Translations under genes and position numbers: made by a program | DNA from: Thermoplasmatota archaeon | GTDB lineage: Archaea; Thermoplasmatota; Penumbrarchaeia; Penumbrarchaeales; Penumbrarchaeaceae | Direction: 5' to 3' | Assembly (NCBI GenBank): GCA_965234725.1 | Contig: CBDDUX010000021.1 | Location: 1 to 53,510, forward strand | DNA length: 53,510 nucleotides | Shown here: positions 49,155 to 53,510 of the stretch, piece by piece | Position numbering within the stretch: the first letter of the stretch is position 1 | Layout of the letters: every line of letters starts with the position of its first letter | Notes under the pieces: model-generated | What the model was told of the DNA's origin: nothing | The model's input: only the letters and a program-made list of their open reading frames with translations | Database searches by the model: none

Positions 49155-52100
49155 CTACTCTTCATCATCGAATGTGATGGTACCCGATACCGTGGGGCTC
49201 TCGATCCCATCGTCTTTCTTAGGAGGGGGGACGTTCATTATTGATTCCTTTGGTATCTGAAGGGTCCTTCTCTGATCGAAATCTGTACCGGTCCCGGCTT
49301 TTTGATGCTGGATATCGGATTTGAAGTCCTTCATCTTGAACTCCACCTCCGTGTCCTTCTTTGACACTTTATAGGCAACGAATCCCAATCCAACCAGGAT
49401 TGCCACAAGTACGATCCCCAGCAGGATCAGCAGGACAAGTGTCCAAACGGATCTTTCTTCCTCCTTCCCCGCTTCTGTCTTCTTGTACTCGAGAACCTCT
49501 ATTGTGTGATTGAACCAGTTTTCAGCCCCGTTCCAATCCTCTACCCTTATGGATATATCGTAACTATCGATCTCAGAGTAGTTGTGGAATAGGGATATGA
49601 ATTCTCGAATGTCGGTGGAGACATAGTAATCCATAGCTTCGCTTTCCCCGTCACCCCAAGTTACAGTGATGTTCATGGTATCCTCCGGGTCCAGGATCCC
49701 CAATACAAACCATATTCGGCATGTACCGTTGACATTCAACCTGAATTCCAGGTCCGTGCCGGAAAGGTTCAGGTCGGGTATCTTATTCTTCTTTTCAACA
49801 TCCTTGAAGAAGAAGAATGGAGAGATTGTCTCATTCACCCATCTGTATGTCAGATAAGCCCTGTAGGTTCCGGAATTGGATCCCAGTGTATATCTCATGG
49901 TGTCCCTTACATTGGTCCTCTGGATATACTCCGGTGTCCCGGTCATTGGTATGAAATTCCCCGCATACAACCGCTCTACCACTATCTCCGGATCCCTGAC
50001 ACCTTCCGGGTCCACCCATGGTTTGTACTGAAGCTGGAGATATGAGTCCTCCACTAGAAGCTTCAGGGTATTCTCGTAAGTATCTATTGAAGAAGTGGAT
50101 GTCCTGATCACATCCGTCGTGATATTCCCGTACCTTTCTGCTTCCACGTTCACCCTGATCTCGATCTCTGTTCCTGGCAGAAACTTCCCGACCCTTCCCA
50201 TAGAATTTCCAGGGCCGATCCTGACGGTATAAGGCCCCCTTTCTGAAAGGTCCCCCTGTCCAGGTAGGGCTTTGGCTTCCAACCAGTATGCGATGAGGCC
50301 ACCTGACGGCCATTGGTTCCAGGAGACAGAAACGCCAGAGACACCTTTTGATGAAACCACTGCGGAGATATTCTCCGGTGGATTCGGATAGATCTTCAAA
50401 GGCCAGATAAGGTGAGAGGTGGTGTTCCCATCAAAGACAAGGAGTTCGATTTCATATGTGCCCAGCTTGGTATAGTTGATGGCGATCGTGGGGGATGTTG
50501 AGTTGGTCAACATCGGAATTATCCATATGAAACTGAGATCGTCCCCGTCAGGGTCGGAGGAATCAAGTGCGGAAAGGGTGATGTTCTCCCCGAGCCTTGC
50601 CCAACTGAAACCTGTGACCACAGGTATCGGATCATTTGTCCTCTCCAACACCTGGACATCAAGTTGGAAGGATGCTGTTGAATTCACACCTGTTGCCGTG
50701 ATATCAATGGTGGATTGACCTAGTTCAGTATCATTCACGTTGATGATCTGGATATCTATGACCATGCTGGTCTTCGGCTTAACAAGGAATCCTGAAGATG
50801 GTATGACTGGAGAGAGACCGGAAGTGTCCGACTCCCCTTCGAGAATGAAAGTGTCATACCGGTTGCCAGTGTTGGTCAATCTTAGTTGGACCGTCTTTTC
50901 AGTGTCCCTGCGAACAGAGGTGAAAGGAACAGCGAGTGACAGTGTAGAGGAATGGACCTCTGGTATGGGGATCACGGTCCCGGAGACAATGTTGTTATTC
51001 TCATTCGATTCAGCTATCCTCTCCTCATAATCGACAGTGATGGTGAAATCCTCGGGATCTCCCCAGATCTGGAATGGTGGGAATGATACGTTCTTTTCCT
51101 GGCCTGGTCCAATGGTTAGCGCCCGCCATTTTGAGAAATCATCCGGTCCCTCAATAAGGAGACGGAAGTTTTCAGCTATGGATTGTCCGTCATTGCGGAT
51201 AGTTGCATTGATGGTCACTTCATCTCCGTCAATTGCAGGGTCAGGATAGAAAGACCAATTGACCAGTTTGAGGTCCGGAGCGATGGAGAGGAATTCCTCC
51301 CAGGCCCGGTCATAAAGAGCCTCGTAAACGGAAGAGAGGTTCTCGGCTGATGCCACCAGATTCTCAAGGGTAAGGTCCCAGAGGGTCTCATTGAAACCTC
51401 TTATTCCCAGATATCTTTGATCATAATCCCAGCAGTACATGAAATCCTTCAGCATGATATCGTAATTATATCCAACAGTGATGGTCGAACCATCATAATC
51501 CGTTATCTGAACCGGGGCCTGTCCCCTTCCATTCACCCATTTGGCAAGATCAGAGGTTGCCGAGTGGACCGTATCTGCATCTATACCTTCAGGAGGGTCG
51601 AACGAATCATTCCAGAAGGTGTCATAAAGTACCTGCATGTTGACATCGCTCCAGACCCTGGCCTCGTAATATTCCCGGTAGGGGTAATTGACTTCTGAGG
51701 GGTGGTATCTTGGAACAACGGAAAGCTGATCCCACTTAGAGTAGTCGGTATGCCCGAACTGGGACATGTCTCCAAGATATTTTGACATCTTTCCGGCATT
51801 GTAGGCCGCTGCATGCATCAGCCTGACCTCTTTTGCCTCCCCGGAACCCCCCCCTGCAAGGAGCCAGGCAGTCAAGTTCTCCACGGATCTGTTTGCAAGG
51901 AGCTGAGCATATCTCACAGCATCTGTCTGGGGATCCTGGCCTGGTTCGGGGTTGTTGATGAAATACTCAACCGTTACACCCTCCGGACCATCATCCGTCC
52001 AGGCAAGGAAATTATCATTTTCCCTGGGGAACATATTATCCTCATTGTAAGAAACCGGTTCATCATCCGCCCCTAAAGGGTCGAACCAGAACATCATGAA

Positions 52101-52313
52101 TGAGGCCTTTGTCTGATTCTTCTCGTTCAGAAGTTCAAGGGCCTTATGGGCGATCATGTCCTGGATGCCATAATTGGGTTTCACGGGACTGTCATTGTTT
52201 CCGTCTGTCCATGCTTGGGCATCACCTCCATTGCTATGGAATGCCATAGGTCCGAGCATGGTTAGCAAAAGTATGGATGCTGATAGGATGACCTTATATC
52301 TCCGGGCTGACAA
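49155..52313 (-). CDS. Surface protein with a Zn-PLC/P1-nuclease-like N-domain, CARDB, PKD and Ig/FN3-like domains, and a TM anchor
   Basis: Signal peptide ending AQA-W; YGIQDMIA, KYLGDMSQFGH; CARDB PDLKL...ATIRNDG...VDYEERIAESNENNN; PKD SSDPDGDDLSFIW; TM WTLVLLILLGIVLVAILVGLGFVAY. Confidence 0.82.
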   Translation of the reverse strand: MSARRYKVILSASILLLTMLGPMAFHSNGGDAQAWTDGNNDSPVKPNYGIQDMIAHKALELLNEKNQTKASFMMFWFDPLGADDEPVSYNEDNMFPRENDNFLAWTDDGPEGVTVEYFINNPEPGQDPQTDAVRYAQLLANRSVENLTAWLLAGGGSGEAKEVRLMHAAAYNAGKMSKYLGDMSQFGHTDYSKWDQLSVVPRYHPSEVNYPYREYYEARVWSDVNMQVLYDTFWNDSFDPPEGIDADTVHSATSDLAKWVNGRGQAPVQITDYDGSTITVGYNYDIMLKDFMYCWDYDQRYLGIRGFNETLWDLTLENLVASAENLSSVYEALYDRAWEEFLSIAPDLKLVNWSFYPDPAIDGDEVTINATIRNDGQSIAENFRLLIEGPDDFSKWRALTIGPGQEKNVSFPPFQIWGDPEDFTITVDYEERIAESNENNNIVSGTVIPIPEVHSSTLSLAVPFTSVRRDTEKTVQLRLTNTGNRYDTFILEGESDTSGLSPVIPSSGFLVKPKTSMVIDIQIINVNDTELGQSTIDITATGVNSTASFQLDVQVLERTNDPIPVVTGFSWARLGENITLSALDSSDPDGDDLSFIWIIPMLTNSTSPTIAINYTKLGTYEIELLVFDGNTTSHLIWPLKIYPNPPENISAVVSSKGVSGVSVSWNQWPSGGLIAYWLEAKALPGQGDLSERGPYTVRIGPGNSMGRVGKFLPGTEIEIRVNVEAERYGNITTDVIRTSTSSIDTYENTLKLLVEDSYLQLQYKPWVDPEGVRDPEIVVERLYAGNFIPMTGTPEYIQRTNVRDTMRYTLGSNSGTYRAYLTYRWVNETISPFFFFKDVEKKNKIPDLNLSGTDLEFRLNVNGTCRIWFVLGILDPEDTMNITVTWGDGESEAMDYYVSTDIREFISLFHNYSEIDSYDISIRVEDWNGAENWFNHTIEVLEYKKTEAGKEEERSVWTLVLLILLGIVLVAILVGLGFVAYKVSKKDTEVEFKMKDFKSDIQHQKAGTGTDFDQRRTLQIPKESIMNVPPPKKDDGIESPTVSGTITFDDEE

Positions 52314-52401
52314 AGGAACTCCCCCACCCCCTAACCGGATAGATTCTTAAAAATGTTCTTAGTTAACGCATCAATTAACTACATGAAACATATTCGATAT
52401 C

Positions 52402-53427
52402 GTGAGATCGGTAGTGTTGCTTTCCGGGGAGGATGTGGATCTTGCCCTCGGGGAGCTGGAAGGAGTGATCTCATCACTTGGTGTAAGGTGGGATATAGAG
52501 GACATTGATGGGAGATTGGCTATAATCAATGGTATTGTCCCGGAAGGAACCGCCCAAAGAATGGGGCTCTGCCATTTCTCGGGGGATCTTTACGGGTCTT
52601 GTGAGCCATCAATAGGCGATATCCGGGAGATGATACGTTCATATCTTCAAGTGATGGTGAAGGACCGATCGATCTCTGTGAAAACAATTTCACCTGCTAG
52701 TATAGAACCACTTTCTTCATCCACTCTTTTTGAAGAATTCTGCTCAATTGCAAGGGAACAGGGGTTCAAGGTCAATTACAGGTCCTCGGAACATCAGACC
52801 TTTCTTATTATCGGGAAATTTGCATATATGGGAGAGATCAAGGAGACAACTTCAAGGGACCTGACCAGGTCCAGAAGGGGATCCAAAATGCCCTTCAACA
52901 GGCCGATCATGATGGAACCGCAACTTGCAAGATGCATGGTCAACCTTTCCGGGTTACCCCTTTGTTCCACCATCCTCGATCCTTTTTTGGGTCCCGCCGG
53001 ACTCTCATTGGAGGCTGGACATCTCGGACACAAGGTCATAGGTGTTGAGAGGGATCCTGCTATTTTTGAAGGAGCCAGATCGAATATTGAAGCTCAGGGC
53101 CTTTCCGAGATGATCGAACCCCATCTCGGGGATTCGAGATCGCTGGATGATTATGATTGGTGGAACGAGATCTCTTCAATAGATGGGATCGTAACGGATC
53201 CTCCCTTCGGCAGGTCGGCACCCCTCATGGGTGAGGACCCTTCCAGGCTGTTAAAAGAGGTCCTTACGACTGCTGGTAGGAAGATGAAAAGGGGTTCTCC
53301 ACTTGTCTTGGATACAGATAGGGAGGAGAATCTGATGGAACTGGACACGTTCGATCTTGTGAGGACCTTTCCATTCAGGGTCCACAAGAGCCTCACACGG
53401 TATATTGGCGTCCTGAGAAGGACCTGA
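52402..53427 (+). CDS. trm11: tRNA (guanine-10-N2)-methyltransferase Trm11/TrmG10
   Basis: LLSGED..LALGEL N-terminus, THUMP-like region, PF.RP.MM.PQLARCMVNL, ILDPFLGPAG, TDPPFGRS, RVHKSLTRYI. Confidence 0.85.
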   Translation: MRSVVLLSGEDVDLALGELEGVISSLGVRWDIEDIDGRLAIINGIVPEGTAQRMGLCHFSGDLYGSCEPSIGDIREMIRSYLQVMVKDRSISVKTISPASIEPLSSSTLFEEFCSIAREQGFKVNYRSSEHQTFLIIGKFAYMGEIKETTSRDLTRSRRGSKMPFNRPIMMEPQLARCMVNLSGLPLCSTILDPFLGPAGLSLEAGHLGHKVIGVERDPAIFEGARSNIEAQGLSEMIEPHLGDSRSLDDYDWWNEISSIDGIVTDPPFGRSAPLMGEDPSRLLKEVLTTAGRKMKRGSPLVLDTDREENLMELDTFDLVRTFPFRVHKSLTRYIGVLRRT

Positions 53428-53510
53428 AATTTGAAGATGTTCCTATTTAAAATATTTAAGAGCCTGTCTGAGAAATATGAATGTAGACGCAGATTGAAAA
53501 ATGCATAATC

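Noticed and set aside
1-53510. tRNA, rRNA, CRISPR array, transposase or integrase
   Set aside because: None recognised by eye; the intergenic gaps are short and lack cloverleaf or repeat-spacer patterns.

Overview
Archaeal DNA, most likely Thermoplasmatota. This is inferred from archaeal-type taw1, gar1, cdc48, trm11, a DUF2240-like gene, GGPP synthase and GGTGA/GGAGG Shine-Dalgarno sites. About 30 of the 53.5 kb encode six large secreted proteins with C-terminal membrane anchors: two paralogous Asp-box propeller/FN3 proteins, a third propeller/Ig protein, a 3442-aa SBBP/Ig/PKD giant, an HEXXH metallopeptidase and a PLC-like/CARDB/PKD protein. The rest is housekeeping genes (taw1, fhs, thiN, cysS, gar1, cdc48, GGPP synthase, trm11) plus several oddities. 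The most notable are: (1) a 1251-aa protein fusing a bacterial DnaA-type AAA+ module without its DNA-binding domain to a DUF2226-like head, an ~8x98-aa helical rod and a double zinc ribbon, next to an atypical RNase R; (2) an unannotated intergenic RNA candidate (about 46955-47083, minus strand) with its own TATA box, a G-free loop and a canonical k-turn; (3) gar1 apparently starting at ACG; (4) an RNase HI homologue with three of four catalytic acids replaced; (5) a TPR-JAMM fusion in a cdc48 cluster; (6) constant-stalk/variable-head adhesin paralogues with a 250-bp identical tract and a premature stop. I saw no rRNA, tRNA, CRISPR array or mobile element. All family assignments come from motif recognition by eye, not from database searches.
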